Virus record (IMG/VR): IMGVR_UViG_2713896773_000018
Location: 1-12,588 of that record
Direction: 5' to 3' (one strand)
Length of the DNA stretch: 12,588 nt
DNA from: a virus
Taxonomy: Duplodnaviria > Heunggongvirae > Uroviricota > Caudoviricetes
The notes under the pieces are model-generated. The model searched no databases. It was given only the letters and a program-made list of their open reading frames with translations, and was not told the DNA's origin. This document shows, in pieces, positions 1 to 6,335 of the stretch (within the stretch, counting starts at the first letter, position 1; each line of letters opens with the position of its first letter). The translations under genes were made by a program, and so were the position numbers.

Positions 1-597
1 TCATTGGGCTGCCTCCTGGCGAAGTTGGGCGGCGCGAATTGCTTTCCACTGCGACCACATTCCGTTGTAATCAGTACCGGAAAGAGTTGAGTTGCGGTAG
101 CCGTCATCAGTGCGCAAACCTTCTAGCGTGGTCTTAGAGATGAATATCTTCTCCATTACCCATTCTTCGAATAAATCACGCTCCGTCGCTTCATCTGGAA
201 TAGCACTTGCCCGTACTTCAGCCAGGAAAGCGTCGGTGGCTGGGGTTTTGTTATCTGACTCCAGCCACTGGTTGTAGTAATAATCGAACATGCCAGTAGG
301 ATAACCACATCCGCTGTGCACGTGGTCTTTCATAGCAGAACCACACATGCAGTAGTCATTGTCAGTATTGCTAATGATGTCGATAAGTTGCTGTGTCCGT
401 TGCTTCAACATCGCATTCTCCGCAGCCAGCGCCGCGCATCTGGCTTTAAGCTCTGATAATCGGTCACTGCATTCCGCCAGCACCACATCAACATCGGTAT
501 CAAGCGGAGGAACATGCATGCTGGCGCGGCCTTTGGTGAAGTCTTCAAGTGCCTTTTCGATTCGTTCTTTCAGTGCTGGCTGTGTATTATTTTTCAT
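1..597 (-). CDS. hypothetical phage protein (198 aa from ATG at 597; Cys/His-rich central segment CMCGSAMKDHVHSGCGYP); nin-region position downstream of ren
   Basis: Long minus-strand ORF with its stop codon at 1-3. The ATG at 595-597 overlaps the stop of the upstream Ren-like gene (ATGA overlap) and is preceded by a GGGGTGAGAG Shine-Dalgarno-like stretch. The upstream GTG at 651 has no usable spacer. No family recognised. Confidence 0.6.
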   Translation of the reverse strand: MKNNTQPALKERIEKALEDFTKGRASMHVPPLDTDVDVVLAECSDRLSELKARCAALAAENAMLKQRTQQLIDIISNTDNDYCMCGSAMKDHVHSGCGYPTGMFDYYYNQWLESDNKTPATDAFLAEVRASAIPDEATERDLFEEWVMEKIFISKTTLEGLRTDDGYRNSTLSGTDYNGMWSQWKAIRAAQLRQEAAQ

Positions 598-935
598 GCT
601 CTCACCCCGTATACGCTTAAAATTCTTCTCATCGCCGCGCTGTTGCGGCACTCCTGGCAGATCACGTTTGCCTCTGTACGCTGCACCAGCTTCGAATTTC
701 CCTTCGGCATAGCCGGGATTGTTTCTGGTGCGTATTTCATGCCGTAATCGGTCAGCCGATAAAGCCGCTGGCCGTATTTTCCTTCGCAGCGGATCAGGCC
801 GTCTGCCAGCAGCGTGCTCACCGTTCCGGATATCTTTTTGGTGTCCATGCCGATAAGCCCTGCCAGTTTGGCGTTGTTCAACCCTGGGTTGTTGCGCAGG
901 GCGGCCAGCACCTGCTCACGGATTGTTATGTTCAT
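594..935 (-). CDS. ren: Ren-like protein (113 aa)
   Basis: Start at the internal ATG 933-935, one nucleotide after the P stop; the ORF-track N-terminal extension overlaps P and is rejected. C-terminus ...CQECRNSAAMRRILSVYGVRA resembles the C-terminus of lambda Ren as I recall it (...KECRQSAAMKRVLAVYGVKR). Position immediately downstream of P matches lambda. Confidence 0.65.
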   Translation of the reverse strand: MNITIREQVLAALRNNPGLNNAKLAGLIGMDTKKISGTVSTLLADGLIRCEGKYGQRLYRLTDYGMKYAPETIPAMPKGNSKLVQRTEANVICQECRNSAAMRRILSVYGVRA

Positions 936-936
936 G

Positions 937-1626
937 TCACACCATCCCGTTCGACTTGTTGCGGTTGTACTTGGCCAGCAGCAGCTGGATCGGCGTCGGC
1001 CCTTGCTCGGCAGCTGGTGCGGCAATAGCCCGGCGTACCGGCGGCACTGGCTTACCCTCGGTGACGCGCCTTTCCCACATGTCCAGCAGATCGCCTGCCT
1101 CGCGTGCCAGTTCACCATGCGTTAACTGGCGCTCGGTGCTGCGGTGGCGCAATTCTACGCAAATGTGGTACATGACCGGCTGCGACCATGGAAATTGCTC
1201 GCTGGAGATGAATTCGAACGAACGATTACGCCATTCCCAGTACTCGGCGATCACCTGGTCAACGTTGACGCCCAGCGCGCCGCCGCTCTGCTTGCACCAG
1301 GCGACGAACTGGCCCGGCGACGGCAGGAATGGGCGCTCCTGGCGGCGGGCAATGCGCATGCCGGCATCGACCTGAGCCATGGTGTGGATCCCGTTCTCCT
1401 GAAACGCCAGCAGCCACTGACGGCGGAATTCGTTCAGGTCTTCCTGGGTGCGGAAGTTCGCCATGCTGGCCGGGAACGCGGCGCGCAGCTCGTTGAACAG
1501 CTTGTTGAATACCTGCGCCACCTGCTCGACCGGCGCGCACTCCTGGTACTGCTCTGGCAGGTTATGGGCCATGCGGCTCATCTGCTCGCGGTCGTGGTTA
1601 CGCATCTGCTCTGCAAGAGATTTCAT
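937..1626 (-). CDS. P: replication protein P-like (DnaB helicase loader), 229 aa
   Basis: Collinear similarity to lambda P from memory along the whole length (e.g. MKSLAEQMRNHDREQMSRMAHNLPEQY... and RRQERPFLPSPGQFVAWC). Start ATG 1624-1626 overlaps the O stop (ATGA) and is preceded by GGGGTGA. Confidence 0.9.
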   Translation of the reverse strand: MKSLAEQMRNHDREQMSRMAHNLPEQYQECAPVEQVAQVFNKLFNELRAAFPASMANFRTQEDLNEFRRQWLLAFQENGIHTMAQVDAGMRIARRQERPFLPSPGQFVAWCKQSGGALGVNVDQVIAEYWEWRNRSFEFISSEQFPWSQPVMYHICVELRHRSTERQLTHGELAREAGDLLDMWERRVTEGKPVPPVRRAIAAPAAEQGPTPIQLLLAKYNRNKSNGMV

Positions 1627-2531
1627 CGGATCACCCCATAGGCCCAGTCAGTGTTGTTGAAGTCCAGATCTGGCTTGACAGCGCGCTGCTCACCTCCGGC
1701 GTTACGCTGCATTGTCAGCTTGTCCCACTGCTTACGCAGGCTTTCGGGACTCAGGATGTTGGTCTGCCAGAAGTGGTGTTTGCTAGCCCAGTCATACAGC
1801 GCGCAGATGTCCTGGTGCGACCGGTTGTCTATCTGGCGCATCAGGCGAACAGTGTTAGACCAGGAGGTCATGTCCGGGGCTTTGCAGGTTGGGTTAATCA
1901 GCTTCACCCTGGAGGAAATCCACTTAGCTGTCTCGAGGTCTTCAGCAGAGCCCCACTTCGCACCGGATGGTGTGTAGACCGCAGCTTCAGGATGAGTTGA
2001 TAAAAATTTCTTCAGACGTGCGTCAGAGGATTCGTCAGAATTCTCGGACGAAGATCTTTTAATACTGTTCTTGTTCTTGTATTGGGTGTCTACCGTTTTC
2101 GGGAAGGTTATTCCTGATTTCGGGAAGGATTTTCCCGTTTTCGGGAATTTTCTTCCCGTTTCCGGTTTGTCTAAAATCCATGCTGAAAGGTCAGTGTTTA
2201 CACCGACGATTTTCATCATGCCCTGCTTCTGTGAAAAGATGATTTTGCGTTCTGCGAGAGACTTAAGCGCGTCCGATACATGCGTATCGCTCAGGCCCGT
2301 AAGCTCGGCAATAACCGTATTTGTCACGCGGTCCTGTTTCTTGTTCCAGCCGTAGGTAAGCCAGATCACCGCCTCAAAACATTGCCATTCCCGGCCTGAC
2401 AGTCTCAGGCGAGGCTTAAGCTGTTGGATCTCGTTAGCGACCTTGGTATACCCGTTCGACAGGTCGGCCATACGACCTCCCGGTTGTTCGGTTTTATTTG
2501 GGAAATTGATTATTTCAGCGGTGTTTGACAT
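1623..2531 (-). CDS. O: replication initiator O-like protein, 302 aa
   Basis: N-terminal region (MSNTAEIINFPNK...LTYGWNK...) resembles lambda O. Start ATG 2529-2531 with GGGAGTAAGT RBS; the upstream in-frame extension from the ORF track is rejected. A central repeated peptide FPKTGKSFPKSGITFPKT is encoded by the DNA iterons. Confidence 0.85.
   Translation of the reverse strand: MSNTAEIINFPNKTEQPGGRMADLSNGYTKVANEIQQLKPRLRLSGREWQCFEAVIWLTYGWNKKQDRVTNTVIAELTGLSDTHVSDALKSLAERKIIFSQKQGMMKIVGVNTDLSAWILDKPETGRKFPKTGKSFPKSGITFPKTVDTQYKNKNSIKRSSSENSDESSDARLKKFLSTHPEAAVYTPSGAKWGSAEDLETAKWISSRVKLINPTCKAPDMTSWSNTVRLMRQIDNRSHQDICALYDWASKHHFWQTNILSPESLRKQWDKLTMQRNAGGEQRAVKPDLDFNNTDWAYGVIR
2045..2160. other. 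phage origin of replication (ori-lambda-like): three 21-bp-spaced iterons with internal dyad symmetry plus an adjacent AT-rich stretch, inside the O gene
   Basis: TCGGGAA(GG) recurs at 2099, 2120 and 2141, exactly 21 bp apart, each followed by an inverted TTCC(C/T)G arm (CGGGAAGGATTTTCCCG, CGGGAATTTTCTTCCCG). The flanking 2045-2090 segment is AT-rich (cttttaatactgttcttgttcttgtatt). Lambda ori has the same layout within O. Confidence 0.7.
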
Positions 2532-2616
2532 ACTTACTCCCGTTACTTGCCGTAACACAGTGTGATAAGGGCCTTTGAAGTTACCGCTTCAAGGGCTTTT
2601 TCTTTTCTTGTGCCTC

Positions 2617-3159
2617 TCATATAACCCCCAGCATCGATGTAACCATCGTCATCAGCGGTCCTACCTGCTCCGGCATGAGGCGAAACAATGACGCTATGCC
2701 CTCGCTTACCTCCTTCATTTTCTGGTGCTCAGGCGCGTTCAGGAGAACGGCTTGCTTTGCTTCTGAACATTCCTTCATGGCAGATGCGATCAGCGACATG
2801 GTGTCGTTCTGCGGCGCCAGGCGTGTACGAAACTCAACAGGAAGAACAGCCATGATTGCCGGGGTCAGTTCTCTAACGTTCTCGCGGTACTGATCGGAGT
2901 CGAAGCGGTTATCCAGAAAGCGAAAAAGTTTCTGGCGCGCCCTGCTGATGTCTTCTGGGAAGCTGATGGCGGTACCGCCCTGCTCCCGGTATTCGTTGAT
3001 GATCAGCGCTGACACTACGTCCTGATTGTCCAGGGACGACGACCATGCACGGACCGCATCGCGGATTTTGTCGTGACCTGGCTCCGCCTTAGGTTGAGCG
3101 CGGTTTATCATCGCTCCCGGGTGTATTCCGGTATTGTGTTGATACGCAAGTGAATGCAT
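2617..3159 (-). CDS. CII-position regulatory protein, YdaT / CP76-type (180 aa)
   Basis: ATG at 3157-3159 with AAGGGA RBS. Lies between cro and O where lambda has cII, but is twice the size of CII. Segments IINEYREQGG... and RELTPAIMAVLPVEFRTRL resemble Rac prophage YdaT as I recall it. Family assignment is from memory and unverified. Confidence 0.5.
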   Translation of the reverse strand: MHSLAYQHNTGIHPGAMINRAQPKAEPGHDKIRDAVRAWSSSLDNQDVVSALIINEYREQGGTAISFPEDISRARQKLFRFLDNRFDSDQYRENVRELTPAIMAVLPVEFRTRLAPQNDTMSLIASAMKECSEAKQAVLLNAPEHQKMKEVSEGIASLFRLMPEQVGPLMTMVTSMLGVI

Positions 3160-3189
3160 TGCTTTCCCTTTCGTGGTTAGAGCCGCCGG

Positions 3190-3411
3190 TTAGGCGGCAA
3201 AGATACCTGGATATAGAACTTCGCGAGGAAGTCCGGTTACTTCTTCGTATTTACGCATTTTTGTTACTGGAAGGCTGCCACCTCGCTTTTTAAGCATATT
3301 GATGGCCTGAGGCGTTACGCCGACCTTTTCAGCAAGCACCTTTTGAGAGCCGCCCACTGCATTAATGGCTTTCTCAAGCGGGGTGCTGGCGTTGGATTTT
3401 TTGTTGATCAT
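3190..3411 (-). CDS. cro: Cro-like HTH regulator (73 aa)
   Basis: First gene divergent from the repressor. HTH segment QKVLAEKVGVTPQAINMLKKRGG. ATG at 3409-3411 with a GGAG RBS. Confidence 0.8.
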   Translation of the reverse strand: MINKKSNASTPLEKAINAVGGSQKVLAEKVGVTPQAINMLKKRGGSLPVTKMRKYEEVTGLPREVLYPGIFAA

Positions 3412-3432
3412 GTTTTGCTCCGCTCATGTGTA

Positions 3433-3506
3433 ATCAACACCATGTTAATTCATGGCGTGGATTAAATCAACATTATGGTGATGGAAAAAATCCACATGTT
3501 GTTTAC
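3433..3506. promoter_or_regulatory. OR-like operator cluster: three 17-bp sites of form ATC[AC]ACA-N3-TGnTnAn between cro and cI
   Basis: Site A 3433-3449 ATCAACA CCA TGTTAAT; site B 3466-3482 ATCAACA TTA TGGTGAT; site C 3490-3506 ATCCACA TGT TGTTTAC. The same half-site recurs in the OL region at 5458-5541. Confidence 0.65.
3442..3470 (-). promoter_or_regulatory. candidate PR promoter for cro (minus strand): -35 TTGATT (3465-3470), -10 TAACAT (3442-3447), 17-bp spacer
   Basis: Hexamers read on the minus strand; they overlap operator sites A and B as PR overlaps OR1/OR2 in lambda. The -10 is a weak match, so the exact hexamers are uncertain. Confidence 0.4.
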
Positions 3507-3528
3507 CATGCATGGAGCGGAGGGTTTT

Positions 3529-4248
3529 ATGAGCAGCATTTCTGAAAGAATTAAATTTTTACTGGCAAGGGAAGGCTTGAAGCAGCGGGATTTGGCTGAG
3601 GCTTTGTCGACTAGCCCACAGACCGTTAACAACTGGATAAAAAGAGACGCGTTAAGTCGTGAGGCGGCGCAACAAATATCTGAAAAATTCGGTTATTCTC
3701 TTGACTGGTTATTAAATGGAGAGGGTTCTCCAAAGAAGGATCTGGAGAGCAACATCCCGCCAGAGTCTGAGTGGGGAACTGTCGACGCTTGGGACAAAAA
3801 TACCCCCCTACCTGACGATGAGGTGGAAGTACCGTTTCTGAAGGATATCGAGTTTGCGTGTGGTGATGGACGAGTACACGATGAGGATCACAACGGTTTT
3901 AAATTGCGCTTTTCAAAAGCAACGCTCCGTCGAGTTGGAGCTAACACAGATGGGTCTGGCATCCTGTGTTTCCCTGCTACTGGCGACAGCATGGAACCTG
4001 TGATACCGGATGGTACGACTGTAGCCGTCGATACGAACAACAAACGCATAGTTGATGGGAAACTGTATGCCATTGGTCAGACAGATGGCGGGAATGGTCA
4101 ACTCAAGCGCATTAAACAGCTGTATCGTAAGCCAGGTGGGAAGCTGATCATCCGCAGTTACAACAACGACTCCTACCCAGACGAAGAGGCTGATATTGAT
4201 GATGTCGAGATAATTGGCCGTCTCTTCTGGTACTCGGTATTGCTGTAG
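3529..4248 (+). CDS. cI: CI-like prophage repressor (XRE-type HTH + S24 LexA-like autopeptidase), 239 aa
   Basis: N-terminal HTH (RDLAEALSTSPQTVNNWIKRD). C-terminal S24 signatures GDSMEP (catalytic Ser) and GQLKRIKQL (Lys). The ATG at 3529 has a GGAGCGGAGGG RBS; the upstream ATGs at 3475/3481 lie inside operator site B and lack an RBS. Confidence 0.9.
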   Translation: MSSISERIKFLLAREGLKQRDLAEALSTSPQTVNNWIKRDALSREAAQQISEKFGYSLDWLLNGEGSPKKDLESNIPPESEWGTVDAWDKNTPLPDDEVEVPFLKDIEFACGDGRVHDEDHNGFKLRFSKATLRRVGANTDGSGILCFPATGDSMEPVIPDGTTVAVDTNNKRIVDGKLYAIGQTDGGNGQLKRIKQLYRKPGGKLIIRSYNNDSYPDEEADIDDVEIIGRLFWYSVLL

Positions 4249-4294
4249 CGGTGGCCTGATGAGACGTTTTGGTGAAAGCATATAAGGACTGTTG

Positions 4295-5161
4295 ATGGAA
4301 AACACTGGCTTACACGATGTTAATTTTTCACTTAGATATGACGGTTTGGATGCTGAAAAGCATGAGATTGAACTTTCTTCGCTCGGTGAATCGCTAAAGG
4401 GATTTTCGAAGATATTAGCTACAGCTGGAACCTTCGCATTAACCCAAAAGTACTCGCGAAGCACCTCAACTCAAGAGGTTAAAATTTACGCTACCGAAGC
4501 TAGGGCCAATTGTTTTTCTCTTGATACTATCATGAATTTTATCAGTCAGTCTCAATTGTTCTCAGGGTCTGCGGGGGCTATACTTGGCGCATTAGTGCCT
4601 TATATCTTCGCTAAAAACTCGCAGAAGAAAGAGGAAATGAAATACCTAAAAGAAGCACTTGAGAAGGCAATTGAGGCCCTCGGAAATAAAGATAAAGATA
4701 CCATCTCAGGTCTAATCTCAGTGATTGACAAGATGGCTAGTGAGTTACGCCCATCAGTTAGACAGGCAGTTTCCCCCATCGGTACCACCTGTAATAAGAT
4801 AAGCGTCACACCGGGGAATGGTTTCAAGCCTGCTGTAATTGATGAGCAAGATAAAGCAGTAATAGACCAGTTGGACGACGACGAAGTTCTTGGCTTAAGG
4901 GAGTATCGAATCTTCCTTACTGAATTCGACGCTCACCGAATGACCGCTAAAGTCATTATAGAAGGTGATGATTCAGATAAGCGCATCTCAGCACAAATAA
5001 GCGATCCATCTGCTTCAAAGGCAGACAACCCGTATCTCATTTCACTTAGTCGTTTTCTGTCAACGGGTCTAAGTCATGAGTCAGCGGTAAAAGTAACTGC
5101 CAAAGCAGCAGTTAGAAAAGGGGCTATTAGTAAACTTTTCATAGTTGATATTGAGCTTTAA
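4295..5161 (+). CDS. hypothetical protein (288 aa) in the rex/immunity-moron position; one short hydrophobic stretch, no recognised domain
   Basis: ATG at 4295 with AAGGA RBS (the ORF track starts at a TTG at 4292). Immediately downstream of and co-oriented with cI, followed by a terminator. AT-rich: about 38% GC in a hand-counted 130-nt sample. Hydrophobic stretch [17 protein letters not shown], then a K/E-rich helical segment. Confidence 0.8.
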   Translation: MENTGLHDVNFSLRYDGLDAEKHEIELSSLGESLKGFSKILATAGTFALTQKYSRSTSTQEVKIYATEARANCFSLDTIMNFISQSQLFSGSAGAILGALVPYIFAKNSQKKEEMKYLKEALEKAIEALGNKDKDTISGLISVIDKMASELRPSVRQAVSPIGTTCNKISVTPGNGFKPAVIDEQDKAVIDQLDDDEVLGLREYRIFLTEFDAHRMTAKVIIEGDDSDKRISAQISDPSASKADNPYLISLSRFLSTGLSHESAVKVTAKAAVRKGAISKLFIVDIEL

Positions 5162-5164
5162 CAA

Positions 5165-5187
5165 CCGGCCACCGCGCCGGGTTTTTT
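5165..5187 (+). terminator. rho-independent terminator ending the cI operon
   Basis: CCGGC-CACCG-GCCGG stem-loop followed by TTTTTT, directly after the stop at 5159-5161. Confidence 0.7.
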
Positions 5188-5191
5188 GTGC

Positions 5192-5401
5192 CTACTTCAC
5201 AGCTTTACTACCCTTCCTGACTATCTCAGCTGCATCCCTGTTCACACCCTTACCTATCACGTTTCCCGTTTCCTTCCGGTACCGTTCCAGCTTGTCGATG
5301 ATGTTTTGCTGGGTCATAGGTAAATCTGCCAGTGACAACTCCATGACCGCCCGCCCCATGGCGTGAACCATCATGTTCACTCTTTCTTCATCCAAGTCCA
5401 T
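5192..5401 (-). CDS. hypothetical small protein (69 aa), convergent with the cI operon
   Basis: Strong RBS AAAGGAGTGGGTA before the ATG at 5399-5401. Its upstream region is the AT-rich operator-bearing segment 5402-5500. No family recognised. Confidence 0.6.
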   Translation of the reverse strand: MDLDEERVNMMVHAMGRAVMELSLADLPMTQQNIIDKLERYRKETGNVIGKGVNRDAAEIVRKGSKAVK

Positions 5402-5457
5402 TACCCACTCCTTTTTGATGTTTTTTTCAGCATATCACTTATGCCACCAAAAAATAA

Positions 5458-5542
5458 ATCAACATAAAAATCAACAGTAAACGATTAAATCAACAAAATA
5501 AATCCACAAGGTGTTGACCTACAAATCCACATGATGTTTAAT
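5458..5542 (+). promoter_or_regulatory. OL/PL-like region: operator half-site array plus candidate PL (-35 TTGACC 5514-5519, -10 TTTAAT 5537-5542, 17-bp spacer)
   Basis: ATCAACA at 5458, 5470 and 5489; full sites ATCCACA AGG TGTTGAC (5502-5518) and ATCCACA TGA TGTTTAA (5525-5541). The promoter hexamers sit inside these two sites, as in lambda OL1/OL2. Confidence 0.6.
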
Positions 5543-5588
5543 TACTCCATCGAAACGAAACATCGACAGCTGAGCGAAGTTAGCCAGC

Positions 5589-5619
5589 GGCGGACAGCAA
5601 GTCGCCTGCTTTTTAACAA
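5589..5619 (+). promoter_or_regulatory. candidate nutL-like antitermination site: hairpin (5589-5606) followed by boxA-like TGCTTTTTAACAA (5607-5619)
   Basis: TGCTTTTTAACAA differs at one position from the E. coli rrn boxA core TGCTCTTTAACAA as I recall it. It lies about 40-70 nt downstream of the predicted PL start, preceded by a GGCGG/UCGCC stem. Confidence 0.4.
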
Positions 5620-5843
5620 CATGCAAAGTCGGAACAGCACTCAGTAATCCTGTTTAGACCCCAACGTACAAATTCGGCGCAGCACCGGGCGCGATCCGGT
5701 CGGTGTGAGGCTACCCCCTCGCGAGAGCGATAAAGGCGTGGGAACGGGCAACACTGGCTGGATGAGAGGTGCGAAGCGCAAACAGATTTATTCCAGTCCA
5801 TTCGAAGTTGAGTGGGCTGGGCTGAATCACAAGAGGATTTTTT

Positions 5844-6056
5844 ATGACTCAGACATACATTCCGGCGTGTTTAAGAGACCTTCCTAAGAAGCGTCAGAAG
5901 CCACGCAAACAGGCGATTAAAGAAGCGCAAGTGGAAGTTCTGAATAAGGCAATCGCATCGATAAAAGACGATATGCGTGCGTTCAAAACAGAAGAGCAGC
6001 GTCGCGGTCATTACCAGGCGATCAGCACACTCTCACAGATTCGTGATGAGTTGTAG
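5844..6056 (+). CDS. small basic protein (70 aa), first gene of the PL operon (N position); function unassigned
   Basis: Strong RBS AAGAGGA with a 6-nt spacer. Basic N-terminal segment LPKKRQKPRKQAIK. No clear arginine-rich motif of the lambda N type, so an antiterminator role is positional inference only. Confidence 0.6.
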   Translation: MTQTYIPACLRDLPKKRQKPRKQAIKEAQVEVLNKAIASIKDDMRAFKTEEQRRGHYQAISTLSQIRDEL

Positions 6057-6079
6057 AAGCTGATAGATAAAGCATTTCT

Positions 6080-6097
6080 CCCGCATCAGCGGGTAAC
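6080..6097 (+). repeat. copy 1 of a 17-bp direct repeat CCGCATCAGCGGGTAAC (hairpin CCCGC-ATCA-GCGGG)
   Basis: Identical 17-mer at 6081-6097 and 6303-6319, each just upstream of a gene's RBS. Confidence 0.8.
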
Positions 6098-6113
6098 TAA
6101 GTGGAGAGTACGT

Positions 6114-6302
6114 ATGCACAAGTGTCAATTCTGTGGGTACTTTCTGGCATCTGAAGAGATGCAGAGAATATCTGTAAACATGGTTGGCAGGCCTTACAAC
6201 ATCTGCATTCCATGCTCAGAAAAGTACAAAAAGAAAGGCCTGTGGGATTCGGCAAAAAACGATATCGACTGGAAATCACTTCCATGCGTCGATGAGACAT
6301 AA
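6114..6302 (+). CDS. small zinc-ribbon-like protein (62 aa; CxxC...CxxC)
   Basis: RBS GGAGAG with a 5-nt spacer. Cys pairs CQFC and CIPC about 24 residues apart. AT-rich. Flanked by the 17-bp direct repeats. Confidence 0.6.
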   Translation: MHKCQFCGYFLASEEMQRISVNMVGRPYNICIPCSEKYKKKGLWDSAKNDIDWKSLPCVDET

Positions 6303-6319
6303 CCGCATCAGCGGGTAAC
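6303..6319 (+). repeat. copy 2 of the 17-bp direct repeat CCGCATCAGCGGGTAAC
   Basis: Exact match to 6081-6097; begins one nucleotide after the stop of the 6114-6302 gene. Confidence 0.8.
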
Positions 6320-6335
6320 GACAGAGGGTAAGTCA

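Noticed and set aside
359-1641. Plus-strand ORFs 359-712, 514-747, 814-1125, 923-1375 and 1144-1641, and minus-strand ORF 1259-1540
   Set aside because: They lie antisense to or out of frame with the well-supported Ren, P and hypothetical genes, have no RBS, and are typical GC-rich shadow ORFs.
1651-2355. Plus-strand ORFs 1651-1977, 1773-2000 and 2071-2355
   Set aside because: Antisense to the O gene, which has a clear protein match and contains the ori iterons; no independent support.
3475-3528. Upstream ATGs at 3475 and 3481 as the cI start
   Set aside because: They lie inside operator site B with no RBS, whereas the ATG at 3529 has a strong GGAGG-type RBS and gives a repressor N-terminus of normal length.
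4292-4294. TTG at 4292 as the start of the rex-position gene
   Set aside because: The ATG one codon downstream (4295) has better spacing to the AAGGA RBS; the TTG is only the ORF-track default.
3888-4464. Minus-strand ORFs 3888-4073 and 3913-4464
   Set aside because: Antisense to cI and the 288-aa gene; no RBS or recognisable product.
5589-5614. Hairpin plus T-run read as an intrinsic terminator immediately downstream of PL
   Set aside because: The stem is weak (5 bp including a G-U pair) and the T-run is part of a boxA-like 13-mer, so a nut-type element fits better. A weak attenuator cannot be excluded.
5613-5887. ORFs 5613-5801 (minus) and 5705-5887 (plus) in the PL leader
   Set aside because: No RBS; they overlap the leader and the well-supported 5844 gene; they look like GC-rich noise in an untranslated leader.
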